Assembly: GCA_963741725.1 (NCBI GenBank)
Contig: CAVUJC010000011.1
Span: 126,524-190,523 of the forward strand
Direction: 5' to 3'
Origin: an uncultured Alphaproteobacteria bacterium
GTDB taxonomy: Bacteria; Pseudomonadota; Alphaproteobacteria; Micropepsales; Micropepsaceae
DNA: 64,000 nt
Positions 39,901 to 48,528 of the stretch are shown piece after piece; positions within the stretch are counted from its first letter, which is position 1, and every line of letters begins with the position of its first letter. Made by a program: the position numbers and the translations under genes. The notes below the pieces were generated by a model that saw only the letters and a list, made by a program, of their open reading frames with translations, made no database searches and was not told where the DNA came from.

Positions 39901-40250
39901 GCTATGGCCTCGGCGCGCAGGCAATGGCCGGCGGCAGCTTTCATGCGCCGTTCTTCATCGTCTCTTGGCCGACGGGCGAGTTTGGTGGCATGGGGCTCGA
40001 AGGCGCAGTGCGTCTGGGATATCGCAAGGAGCTGGAAGCGCAACCGACGCCCGAAGCCAAGGAAGAAATGTTCAAGCAGATGGTGGCGCAGTCCTACGCC
40101 CGCGGCAAAGCGATCAACATGGCCGCGCATCTGGAAATCGATGACGTGATCGACCCGGCCGACACGCGGCGCTGGATCATGCGGGGCTACCGCTCGATCC
40201 CGCCGCGCGATCCGAATGCAGGCCGAAGGACGTTCATCGATACGTGGTGA
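36963..40250 (+). CDS. Single-chain biotin-dependent acyl-CoA carboxylase (BC-BCCP-CT)
   Basis: ILIANRGEIA, IHPGYGFLSEN, NPRLQVEH (BC); EAMKM (BCCP); GTQGAMNH, GGPAMIEGGG, DTPGFMVG (CT). Confidence 0.9.
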   Translation: MTFKNILIANRGEIAIRIARAASDLGIHTVAIYSGDDAHSLHVTAADSAQALGADGVAAYLDIARVIACAKAAGCDAIHPGYGFLSENAEFATACEKAGLTFIGPSPHVLSIFGDKARARALAERFGVPVLAGTKGPATLEEMRTFFRAQKRPIIIKAIAGGGGRGMRIVSTAEELESAYNRCKSEALASFGNDAVYGEVFMPKARHIEIQVAGDGKSASHIWERDCTLQRRHQKIVEYAPAPDLDPDLRKQLCDAAVWLADDVALRGLATFEFLVDPNPPRHAAAFAFIEANPRLQVEHTVTEEVTGIDLVAVQIDLVRGKTLKEIGLKQEDIPEPRGFAVQLRVSMEKMETDGTIKPSGGTLRRFVPPSGPGVRVDTFGYEGYTTNPGYDPLLAKVIVHGPDFTATMARARRALSEFVIDGVQTNIPFLHALISDERVLNGDTSTRFVQENTADLVAKALNWKPAAGMTTAPAAARVATSFAPAPAGTTAVLAPMQGKIISIDVKVGDVVPVGANVAVLEAMKMEHLVGAAVSGRVHSIAGAPGTVLAEGEPFLFLVPEDVSAAGEAARETYDPDFIRADLAESNARHAFSLDENRPDAVARRRKTNQRTARENLDQLCDPGSFIEYGAMAFAAQRRRRTLEDLIKNTPGDGIITGIGTVNAADFGEHKARCAVMAYDYTVLAGTQGAMNHQKKDRLLKVAEEWKLPIVCFAEGGGGRPGDTDIPGVAGLDVPTFRQYAKLSGLIPRVGINSGRCFAGNAALLGCSDVIIAAANSNIGMGGPAMIEGGGLGVYTPDEVGPMSVQVPNGVVDIAVADEIEAIEAAKKYLGYFQGTLGKWDAANQKELRHLIPENRLRVYESRKVIETLADTGSVLELRPEFGPGMLTALIRIEGVPFGLIANNPMHLAGAIDGPCADKAARFLQLCDAFGLPIISLCDTPGFMVGPEAEKSSLVRRVSRMFVVGGALSVPIFTVVLRKGYGLGAQAMAGGSFHAPFFIVSWPTGEFGGMGLEGAVRLGYRKELEAQPTPEAKEEMFKQMVAQSYARGKAINMAAHLEIDDVIDPADTRRWIMRGYRSIPPRDPNAGRRTFIDTW

Positions 40251-41087
40251 TCAGCCGGCCGCGAGCCTTTGCTGCGTGTTGCCTGCATGCGTGTAGAGAT
40301 TCGGCGCATGCGATACCGGCGAGAACGTGTTCACGGCGGCATCGGGCGTCTCGGTATGTCCGAGCATCAGTATGCCGTCGGGCTGAAGCGTCTCGGCGAT
40401 CTTCTCCAGCACCTGCGATTTCGTTTTCTGGTCGAAGTAGAGCAACACATTGCGGCAAAGGATGACGTCGAGATCATCGAGCCAGCCGAAGGAGTCCAGC
40501 AAATTGAACTGACGGAACGAAACCATGCGGCGAAGGTTTTCGTGAATGCGCCAGTTGCCGCCTTCCTGCGTGAAGTTTGCGACGAGCCGGCGGATCGCGA
40601 GGCCGCGCTGAACTTCGTAGTGCGAGTATAGACCCTCTTCCGCGCGCGCGATCATTTCCGAGCTGAGATCGGTTGCAATGAGATCGATCGACCAGCCCTT
40701 TGCCTGCAACTTGAGATCATCCAGGATCATCGCGATCGAATACGGCTCCTGGCCGGCGGCGCAGGCGGCGCTCCAGATTCGCAGGCGCTTGCTGCGCGCG
40801 CGCTCCTGAAGAAGCTGCGGCAGGAGCACTTCACGGAACTTGTCGAACGAGGGGCGGTCGCGAAAGAAGGACGATTCGTTCGTCGTCATCGCCTCGGTCA
40901 CGGCGCGCGCCAGCGTGTCGCGGCCATGGCGCAATTCGTGGATGAGCGCATTGACCGAACGAAATCCGAACCGCCGCATGACGGTGGTAAGACGCCCTTC
41001 AATCAATGGCGCCTTGTGGATCGGCAGCACGAGCCCCGAACGGCGGCGCACCATCTGCGCCAGGAAGGAGAAGTCTTCCGGTTTCAT
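40251..41087 (-). CDS. cheR: Protein-glutamate O-methyltransferase
   Basis: TTNESSFFRD, RIWSAACAAGQEPYS, ILCRNVLLYFD. Confidence 0.93.
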   Translation of the reverse strand: MKPEDFSFLAQMVRRRSGLVLPIHKAPLIEGRLTTVMRRFGFRSVNALIHELRHGRDTLARAVTEAMTTNESSFFRDRPSFDKFREVLLPQLLQERARSKRLRIWSAACAAGQEPYSIAMILDDLKLQAKGWSIDLIATDLSSEMIARAEEGLYSHYEVQRGLAIRRLVANFTQEGGNWRIHENLRRMVSFRQFNLLDSFGWLDDLDVILCRNVLLYFDQKTKSQVLEKIAETLQPDGILMLGHTETPDAAVNTFSPVSHAPNLYTHAGNTQQRLAAG

Positions 41088-41096
41088 CGGCGCGTC

Positions 41097-41462
41097 TTAG
41101 GACAGACCAACTTCGGCCAGCTTGGCCTCGATGATGCTGCGGTCGAACGGCTTCATGATGTACTCGTTTGCACCGGCATCGAGCGCTTCGGAGATGTGCG
41201 CCACGTCGTTTTCGGTCGTGCAGAAGACGACGACGGGCCGGTCCCCGCCGCGTTCCTTGCGCAACGTCTTGAGAAACTCGATGCCGTTCATGTTCGGCAT
41301 GTTCCAGTCGAGCAGAATGAGTTCGGGCATTTTCGCGCGGCAGGCGGCGAGCGCGGACACGCCGTCTTCGGCCTCGCCGGTCTTGAAATGAAGGTCTTCG
41401 AGGATCCGGCAGGCAACCTTGCGGATCACACGGCTGTCGTCGACGACGAGACAATGTTTCAT
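41097..41462 (-). CDS. cheY: Single-domain response regulator (CheY-like)
   Basis: CLVVDDS, LLDWNMPNMNG, FCTTE, YIMKPF. Confidence 0.85.
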   Translation of the reverse strand: MKHCLVVDDSRVIRKVACRILEDLHFKTGEAEDGVSALAACRAKMPELILLDWNMPNMNGIEFLKTLRKERGGDRPVVVFCTTENDVAHISEALDAGANEYIMKPFDRSIIEAKLAEVGLS

Positions 41463-41559
41463 GGCGCGCTGACCCTGATGCGGCCACAGCTCAGCCATGG
41501 CCCAAAGTTAAAATCGTGGCCAAGACTAGGGCTGGGAGGGTAAACGCGACGTTTAGAAA

Positions 41560-42180
41560 CTACCCTGCGGCGAGTTCGACAACACCCTCGCGCGCAGTGA
41601 GTGTCAGCCCGGCGTTGAGGCTGCGCGACAGCTTGTGCGTCAGGTAGGGTTGGATCCCGCGCGCGTCAAAGTGGCCATCCGCCGCCTCGCCGCGCACGGC
41701 CTTTTGCACCTCGTCCAATGCGCGAGCGTGCGGGCTGGTGGCGACGATCTTGAAGGAAGGCGTGGCAGGATCGGCGCTCGTCACAACCGTGAGCTGGCCG
41801 CCGCGAGGCAGGCAATCGGCGCCCAGCAAGGCGGCGTTCATCAGCAGTTTGGCCCAGTTCTTGGGCCAGTTCACATGCGGCGACTGCCAGTCGAGCTGGA
41901 TCTTTCCGCCCTCGAGCAGTCCGCCGACGAGACGGCCGACTTCGCCAATATCAAGTTCTGCACCGGCCGAACCGGCGGCGCCGAAGGCAATGCGCATGAA
42001 CTGAAGCCGGGCCAGAGCCTGGAGAGCACTGGAGGAAACGATCTTGAGCGCATCGGCGCGCATGGCGGCGTCGCGCTCGTCTTCCATGACTTCCAGACCG
42101 TTGACCACGGCACCCAGAGGCCCCACAAGGTCGTGACACACGCGGCTGACGAGATATGCGGAAAATTCGATGTCATCCAT
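41560..42180 (-). CDS. chpT: Histidine phosphotransferase ChpT
   Basis: SRVCHDLVGPLGAVVNGLE, RLQFMRIAFG, QPYLT. Confidence 0.92.
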   Translation of the reverse strand: MDDIEFSAYLVSRVCHDLVGPLGAVVNGLEVMEDERDAAMRADALKIVSSSALQALARLQFMRIAFGAAGSAGAELDIGEVGRLVGGLLEGGKIQLDWQSPHVNWPKNWAKLLMNAALLGADCLPRGGQLTVVTSADPATPSFKIVATSPHARALDEVQKAVRGEAADGHFDARGIQPYLTHKLSRSLNAGLTLTAREGVVELAAG

Positions 42181-42241
42181 GGTCGTGGCGATCTCCGGAC
42201 CGAAGGTATGGTTTTCAAACGCTAACTGTCTCCATCGCCTA

Positions 42242-42256
42242 TTAAGGAATGCTTAA
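42242..42256. promoter_or_regulatory. CtrA-binding site
   Basis: Exact TTAA-N7-TTAA (TTAAGGAATGCTTAA) 62 bp upstream of chpT. Confidence 0.7.
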
Positions 42257-42257
42257 G

Positions 42258-43049
42258 ATGCTTGCAACGCCTTCGCACCAGTTGCGCACCCTGGCGCGCA
42301 TCGCCCATGAGGCCGGCGTCATCATCATGCGCCACTATGAAGACGGGACTCAAACTCGCAAGAAATCGGACCATTCGCCGGTCACCGACGCCGATGAAGA
42401 AGCCGAGCGCTTTATCCTCGCGGCTCTCGAAAAGGAGTTTCCCGACATCGCGATCGTCGCGGAAGAGGAAGTTGCCGCCGGGCGCCTGCCACGGATCGGC
42501 AGCCGCTTCTTTCTCGTCGATCCGCTCGACGGAACCAAGGAATTCATCAATCACAACGGCGAGTTCACGGTCAACATCGCCGAAATCGAGAACGGCGTCG
42601 CCGTGCGCGGCGTTGTCTACGCGCCGGCAAAGCATCGCTTGTTTGCCGGCGAGACGCCAGGCGGAGCATTCGAGATCGAGACGAGCATACATAGCATGCC
42701 CGATCTGGCTCAGCTCAAACCCATCGCCGTCCGCAAGGCGCCGCAGGACGGCCTGATCGCCGTCGCCAGCCGTTCGCATCGCGACAAGAAGACGGAAGAG
42801 TATCTCGCGCACTATCCGGTGAAGGATTTCATAACCGCCGGATCGTCGCTGAAATTCTGTCTGGTGGCGGCCGGCGAGGCGGACATCTATCCGCGTCACG
42901 GACGGACCATGGAGTGGGACACGGCCGCCGGACATGCGGTGCTGCTCGCGGCGGGCGGAAGCGTGAAGCAGCTCGACGGCAGCGCCTTCGTCTACGGCAA
43001 GTCGGCGGAGGAATTCGCCAATCCGTTCTTCGTTGCGCGCGGCGGCTAG
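42258..43049 (+). CDS. cysQ: 3'(2'),5'-bisphosphate nucleotidase
   Basis: SPVTDAD, AEEE, LVDPLDGTKEFI, GSSLKFCLVAAG, MEWDTAAGHA. Confidence 0.93.
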   Translation: MLATPSHQLRTLARIAHEAGVIIMRHYEDGTQTRKKSDHSPVTDADEEAERFILAALEKEFPDIAIVAEEEVAAGRLPRIGSRFFLVDPLDGTKEFINHNGEFTVNIAEIENGVAVRGVVYAPAKHRLFAGETPGGAFEIETSIHSMPDLAQLKPIAVRKAPQDGLIAVASRSHRDKKTEEYLAHYPVKDFITAGSSLKFCLVAAGEADIYPRHGRTMEWDTAAGHAVLLAAGGSVKQLDGSAFVYGKSAEEFANPFFVARGG

Positions 43050-43288
43050 CGGTCCATATCGTGGCGGCTGGAGTAGAACACCAGCGCCATCAGGCCGGCT
43101 CCGACAGCGACCGTGATGAACGAACCGGCGATCAGCGCGATCCAGCCGAACGTACTCATCTCCACGTCGCCCAGCGCGCGCCATCCCGCTACGCCATACC
43201 AGATCGACACGGCAAGGAACGCGACAAGAACCACGACCGCAATCCAGCCTGCGCCGGAAAGCCTTGCGCCCTGTTTGTCTTCAGCCAT
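43046..43288 (-). CDS. Small two-TM membrane protein
   Basis: Two hydrophobic helices; GAGLMALVFYSSRHDMD C-terminus. Confidence 0.65.
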   Translation of the reverse strand: MAEDKQGARLSGAGWIAVVVLVAFLAVSIWYGVAGWRALGDVEMSTFGWIALIAGSFITVAVGAGLMALVFYSSRHDMDR

Positions 43289-43302
43289 GAGTCCAGCGTC
43301 CT

Positions 43303-43770
43303 TCAGGCAGCCATCTGAACCTTGAAGTCCGTGCCGTCAGCCGCCGATATCCTCAGCATATCGCCTTTCACGGGAGAGGAGCCATCCGTGACCGTCGCGT
43401 TCCAGCGTGTATCATCTATCCGTACGGCGCCGCGACCGTTGACGAAATTCTCTTCGGCCTTCACCACCCGTCCGACATATTGAGCGCTGCGATCGTTCAG
43501 GGTGGCATGGGTGTCGCGATCCGCACGGCCCCATGCAGAACGCTTCCAGGCAGCCGTCGCGACAACGGATATGACCGCGAACAGGAATACCGCCAGCCGG
43601 CCGTCCAACGAGGGATCGACGAATTTCAGGATACCGACGACAAGTGCCGCAAGACCCGGCCAGAGCAGATACTGCGTCGTGCTGGTGATCTCGACCGCCA
43701 AAAGAATCGCGCCGAGCGCCCACCAGTGCCACGCCGGTTGCTCGTTCAGAAAGGTTGTAATGGCATGCAT
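43303..43770 (-). CDS. NfeD family protein
   Basis: WWALGAILLAVEI, LNDRSAQYVGR, GRGAVRIDDTRW; downstream of SPFH gene. Confidence 0.88.
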   Translation of the reverse strand: MHAITTFLNEQPAWHWWALGAILLAVEITSTTQYLLWPGLAALVVGILKFVDPSLDGRLAVFLFAVISVVATAAWKRSAWGRADRDTHATLNDRSAQYVGRVVKAEENFVNGRGAVRIDDTRWNATVTDGSSPVKGDMLRISAADGTDFKVQMAA

Positions 43771-43780
43771 GGCTGCCTCC

Positions 43781-44779
43781 TTAGGTTCCCGCCGGACGGC
43801 CGGGCGCAGGCGCATTCGGCACCGTTCCGGCAGCCGGACGCGCCGTCCGCGGAACGGCTGTGACCTGGGTCGTGATCGCTTCGCGCGTCATCTCGGCGAT
43901 GCCGGCGATGGAACCGAGCAGACCCGCCGACTCCATCGGAATGATGACGAACTTCTGGTTCGGCGCATTGGCAAGCTGGGCGAATGCGTCGACATATTTC
44001 TGACCGAGGAAGTAGTTGAGCGCATTCACATTGCCCGCTTCTATCGAGTCCGACACCATCTGCGTCGCCTTCGCTTCTGCCTGCGCCAGTCGTTCACGCG
44101 CTTCGGCGTCGCGGAAGGCGGCTTCCTTACGACCTTCGGCCTGGAGGATGGCGGACTGCTTGGCGCCTTCCGCGCGCAGGATAGCGCCCTGCTTTTCGCC
44201 GTCGGCCTGGGTGACTTCAGCGCGGCGGAAACGCTCGGCTTTCATCTGGCGCGCCATGGCTTCGGTAATGTCGTTCGGCGGCGAGAGGTCCTTGATCTCG
44301 ATGCGCGTGACCTTGACGCCCCAGGGACTCGTCGCCTGATCCACAACGGCCAGAAGACGCTGGTTGATCTCGTCGCGCTTCGACAGGACTTCATCGAGAT
44401 CCATCGCGCCGATCACGGTACGCGCGTTGGTGAGGCAAAGATTGGTGATGCCCGCCTGCAAATTGGCGACTTCATAAGCGGCCTTTGCAGCGTCGACGAC
44501 CTGATAGAAGGCGATGGCGTCGGCCGTGACCGTTGCGTTGTCTCGCGTGATGACGACCTGGCTCGGGATGGCAAGCACTTCTTCCATCATCGACAGCTTG
44601 CGGCCCACGCGATCGACGTAGGGAATGATGAGATTGAGGCCCGGCTTGAGCACACGGGTGAAGCGGCCAAAACGTTCGATGGTCCATTCACGGCCCTGCG
44701 GCACGCTTTTGACGCCCGAAAAAATCGTGACAAGGGCCAGTACCAACACCGCCAGAACAAAGATTGTGGCGCCATCCAT
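43781..44779 (-). CDS. SPFH/band 7 stomatin-like protein (QmcA-like)
   Basis: ERFGRFTRVLKPGLNLIIPYVDRV, VITRDNATV, QMKAER. Confidence 0.92.
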   Translation of the reverse strand: MDGATIFVLAVLVLALVTIFSGVKSVPQGREWTIERFGRFTRVLKPGLNLIIPYVDRVGRKLSMMEEVLAIPSQVVITRDNATVTADAIAFYQVVDAAKAAYEVANLQAGITNLCLTNARTVIGAMDLDEVLSKRDEINQRLLAVVDQATSPWGVKVTRIEIKDLSPPNDITEAMARQMKAERFRRAEVTQADGEKQGAILRAEGAKQSAILQAEGRKEAAFRDAEARERLAQAEAKATQMVSDSIEAGNVNALNYFLGQKYVDAFAQLANAPNQKFVIIPMESAGLLGSIAGIAEMTREAITTQVTAVPRTARPAAGTVPNAPAPGRPAGT

Positions 44780-44961
44780 TGAACGTACCTCTCTTGATTG
44801 AGCTTTGAGCCGAGACTAGCGCCCAAATATGTAAACACGCCACGAGCCTTCAAAAGGCCTTGAACCGCTGCCAATTCTCCCTACTGCCGTTTGTCGTAAA
44901 GCCGACTTTTAGGCAAGTATCCCCTTGCGGGAACGGACTGATTCGACAGGAGACCCTTCCG

Positions 44962-45540
44962 ATGAGACCTTTGCGGATTGCAGGCGCCATATTTGCCGCC
45001 GTTGCAGCCATGGTGCTGAGCATTGCGCCAACGGCGGCAGACGACAGCACAAGCGATGACACGTTTTCGCCCAACGAAATCGTCCAAGCCGGATCGGATT
45101 TCTTCGGAATCTCGACCGAGGTCATGGCGAAGGCTGTGCAGCGCATCTTTGAAGACCTCGGACAGCCGGACGCCTACATCAAGGGTGACGAAGGCTCCGG
45201 CGCGGTCATCGTCGGGCTGAGATACGGTTCCGGCTGGCTGATCCGCAAAGGATTTGATCCGGAGAAAGTTTACTGGCGCGGCCCCTCCATCGGCTTCGAC
45301 GTCGGTGGCAACGGCTCAAAAGTCTTTACGCTGATCTATAATCTCAAGGAGAAGCAGCGCCTGTTCCAGCGCTTTCCGGGAGTCGAAGGCAGCTTCTACT
45401 TCATCGCGGGTGTTGGCGTGAATTATCTGCGCTCCGGCGGCGTGACCCTGGCCCCGATGCGCACGGGCCTTGGCTGGCGAGCGGGCGTGAACGCGCACTA
45501 TCAGGTCTATTCAGACCGCCGCGACTGGTTCCCGCTGTAA
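44962..45540 (+). CDS. eipA: Envelope integrity protein EipA (DUF1134)
   Basis: Signal peptide; YIKGDEGSGAVIVGLRYGSG, WRGPSIGFDVG, RTGLGWRAG. Confidence 0.8.
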   Translation: MRPLRIAGAIFAAVAAMVLSIAPTAADDSTSDDTFSPNEIVQAGSDFFGISTEVMAKAVQRIFEDLGQPDAYIKGDEGSGAVIVGLRYGSGWLIRKGFDPEKVYWRGPSIGFDVGGNGSKVFTLIYNLKEKQRLFQRFPGVEGSFYFIAGVGVNYLRSGGVTLAPMRTGLGWRAGVNAHYQVYSDRRDWFPL

Positions 45541-45544
45541 GGAC

Positions 45545-46486
45545 CTAGGCGTTCGACTCGGCCGTGGTGGATTCGATGCTGCCGGCCGGCGCAGGCAGAT
45601 AGAGCAGCAGTGCGGCCGCGACATAAGTCGACGAGAAGGTTCCGACCAGAATGCCGAAGAGAATGGCGGCGCTGAATCCAAACAATTCGGGGCCGCCATA
45701 GAGCAACAGCGGCACCATGGTCAGTGCGGTCGCCGCTGAAACAAGGGTCGTCCGCGTCGCGATCTGGTTGGTCGAGAGGTTGATCAATTCGGTTAGCGGC
45801 ATGCGCTTGAACTTGCGGCGGTTCTCGCGGATGCGGTCAAAAACGACGACGGTATCGTTGATCGAGTAGCCTGCGAGAAGCAACAGTGCGGCAACCGAGT
45901 TGAGCGTGAAATCCATGTGCAGCACGCTGAACATGCCTGCGGTGACGAACACGTCATGCCCCGTGGCGATCAGCGCTCCCACGCCGTACTGCCACTCAAA
46001 GCGAAACGCGACATACAAAGAGATAAAAACAATCGCCAGCACCGTTGCCAGCACGCCATCATTGAACAGCTCGTGGCTGACCTGCGGGCCGACCACTTCA
46101 TTGCGCCGGAACGTGTAGGCCGAACCAAGCTTGTCCTTGATCCGATTGGCGACCGTTTCGCCGACCTGGGTGGCGTTCGGTTGCACGCGAATCAGGACGC
46201 ACGAATTGGCGGGCGCGTCGCACTCGCCGCCGCCGAAATATTGCAGCCGGACTTCCTTGAAGCCGAGGCCGTCGACGTCCGTGCGCATCTTGCCGATGTC
46301 GATCACCTGGGCGGATTTGACCTCCATGAGGACGCCGCCCGTGAAGTCGATGCCGAGGTTGAATCCCTGAACGACGATCGACACGAGAGCAACAAGCGTT
46401 AAAAGCCCGTCCATGGCGAAGGCGTAGTAGCGCCAACCGACAAAATCGACGTTCGTGGTTTCTGGGATAAAGCGCAGGAAGGGCAT
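45545..46486 (-). CDS. secF: Protein translocase subunit SecF
   Basis: FNLGIDFTGG, EVVGPQVSHEL, GYSINDTVVVFDRIREN, GTFSSTYVA. Confidence 0.93.
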   Translation of the reverse strand: MPFLRFIPETTNVDFVGWRYYAFAMDGLLTLVALVSIVVQGFNLGIDFTGGVLMEVKSAQVIDIGKMRTDVDGLGFKEVRLQYFGGGECDAPANSCVLIRVQPNATQVGETVANRIKDKLGSAYTFRRNEVVGPQVSHELFNDGVLATVLAIVFISLYVAFRFEWQYGVGALIATGHDVFVTAGMFSVLHMDFTLNSVAALLLLAGYSINDTVVVFDRIRENRRKFKRMPLTELINLSTNQIATRTTLVSAATALTMVPLLLYGGPELFGFSAAILFGILVGTFSSTYVAAALLLYLPAPAGSIESTTAESNA

Positions 46487-46608
46487 GGGGATGTCCGCAA
46501 AAGCCCGGCAGACATATCCGCTAGGCGGGCGAAGGACAAGAATAAGTCAGGGATTTGCATAATTCGCTGTTTTGGCGACACTTTGGCCGAAGGCCCAAGG
46601 ACCCCCGA

Positions 46609-48528
46609 ATGCCCTCCACGGTTCACGGCTCACCAGAAGCTTCCAAGACTGCACCGACCGCCAACGGCCTGCAGGAGGCTGCAAGCGCGGCCATCGTCGC
46701 TGCCGTACTTGTCGCAGCGGTATACTTTGGCCGCACGCTGCTGGTGCCGCTGGCGCTGTCGATTCTCCTCGCCTTTGCGCTGGCGCCGGTCGCGGAGTTT
46801 CTGCGCCGTCTGAAGCTGGGGCGCATCGTGGCCGTGATTCTGACAGTCACGCTCGCCGTTCTGCTCATCTCCGGCATCGCCACCTTCATCGGCACGCAAC
46901 TGGCCTGGCTGGCGCAGAGCTTGCCGCAGTACCAGCAGAACATGGTGGCCAAGATTCAGTCCGTCGAAGGCAGCACCGCGAGCAACGGCATGCTCCAGGG
47001 CGCGCTCAACATGTTCGACAATCTGAGCAACCAGATTGCGAACGTCCCGCATTCGACAAATGACAAGCGACTTGAGTCCAAAACGACATCTCAGCAGACG
47101 GACCCTGCGATCCCGGTCGTTATCCGCACACCGCCCGCCAGCCCTCTCGTTGTAATCGAAAACGTCGGTGGGCCGCTCGTCGAACCGCTCGCCAATCTGA
47201 CGATCATCATCATCTTCGTGATTTTCATCCTGCTGCAGAAAGAAGATCTGCGCGATCGCTTCATCATGCTCGCCGGTGCGCGCGATCTGCAGCGCACGAC
47301 GACAGCACTCGACGACGGCGCCGAACGGTTGAGCCGCTATCTGCTCCTGCAGACCGCGGTCAACACCATTTTCGGTGCGTCGGTCGGTGTCGGACTGTGG
47401 GCGATCGGGGTGCCCAATCCCGCCCTTTGGGGGCTGATCGCGGCCATGTTCCGCTTTGTGCCCTATGTCGGCGTGCCCATCGCCGCCCTGCTGCCCTTGT
47501 CGCTCGCTTTCGCGGTCGATCCGGGCTGGTCGAAGCTTCTGTGGACACTCGGTCTGTTCTCGGTACTGGAGGCCATCACGGGCCAGGCAATCGAGCCATG
47601 GCTGTACGGCCGTAATATGGGTCTTTCGGCAATCGCGGTTGTGGTAGCAGCCGGCTTCTGGACCTTTGTTTGGGGGCCAGTCGGCCTGCTCCTGTCGACA
47701 CCGCTGACGATGTGCCTTGTCGTCATTGGCCGTCACGTCGACCAATTGCGCTTCCTGGATGTGATGCTGGGCGATCGTCCACCGATGGCGCCCGAGGAAA
47801 GCTTTTATCTGCGCATGATGGCCGGAAACCCCGACGAAGCGGCCGAGCAAGCGGAACTATTCCTTCAGGACCATACGCTGCCCGCCTACTTCGACCAGGT
47901 AGCGATAAAGGGACTGGCGCTGGCCCAACTCGACGTCAATCGCGGGGCACTTAATGAATCGGGGCGTGTCCGTATCGGCACAACCGTGGAAGGCTTTATC
48001 GACAATCTGACGATGCATGAAGATGTGCAGGACCGGGACGGCACAGTGACGCCGGACATGCTGCCACTCGATTGGCGGGACCGTCCCGTGCTGTGTGTCG
48101 GCGGTCGCGGCGTTCTCGATCATGCCGCCGCGTCATTGCTGGCGCATCTGCTCGAGCGTCAGGGCATCGGCACGAGGCTCGCTTCGTCGGAAGATGTATC
48201 GCCCACGAACATAACCGATATCGACTGCGACGGGGTGCAGGTGATCTGCGTATCGTATCTCGAGCCAGGAAGCCCGAAGAATGCGCGGTACATGGCGCGC
48301 CGTTTGCGCAAACGAATGTCCAATGTTCCTTTGATCGCCGGATTCTGGAGCATCGTGCAGGACGATACGCATTTTCTGGACAGCTTTGAATCGACGGAGT
48401 GCGATTTCCTCGCCACCAACCTGCAGCAGGCTGTCAGTCAGGTCATCGCGCTGATGAAGCGGTCCGGCTCTGGTGATACGTTTCGAAGCAGCGTGCAACA
48501 AGGCGAAGAGGAGGCTGTGTCGGACTGA
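46609..48528 (+). CDS. AI-2E family transporter with C-terminal Rossmann (B12-binding-like) domain
   Basis: PerM-like TM core (FRFVPYVG, IEPWLYG, GPVGLLLSTPLTMC) plus about 230-aa cytoplasmic tail. Confidence 0.85.
   Translation: MPSTVHGSPEASKTAPTANGLQEAASAAIVAAVLVAAVYFGRTLLVPLALSILLAFALAPVAEFLRRLKLGRIVAVILTVTLAVLLISGIATFIGTQLAWLAQSLPQYQQNMVAKIQSVEGSTASNGMLQGALNMFDNLSNQIANVPHSTNDKRLESKTTSQQTDPAIPVVIRTPPASPLVVIENVGGPLVEPLANLTIIIIFVIFILLQKEDLRDRFIMLAGARDLQRTTTALDDGAERLSRYLLLQTAVNTIFGASVGVGLWAIGVPNPALWGLIAAMFRFVPYVGVPIAALLPLSLAFAVDPGWSKLLWTLGLFSVLEAITGQAIEPWLYGRNMGLSAIAVVVAAGFWTFVWGPVGLLLSTPLTMCLVVIGRHVDQLRFLDVMLGDRPPMAPEESFYLRMMAGNPDEAAEQAELFLQDHTLPAYFDQVAIKGLALAQLDVNRGALNESGRVRIGTTVEGFIDNLTMHEDVQDRDGTVTPDMLPLDWRDRPVLCVGGRGVLDHAAASLLAHLLERQGIGTRLASSEDVSPTNITDIDCDGVQVICVSYLEPGSPKNARYMARRLRKRMSNVPLIAGFWSIVQDDTHFLDSFESTECDFLATNLQQAVSQVIALMKRSGSGDTFRSSVQQGEEEAVSD

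Noticed and set aside
44860-44961. CtrA box upstream of eipA
   Set aside because: No TTAA-N7-TTAA or close variant at correct spacing
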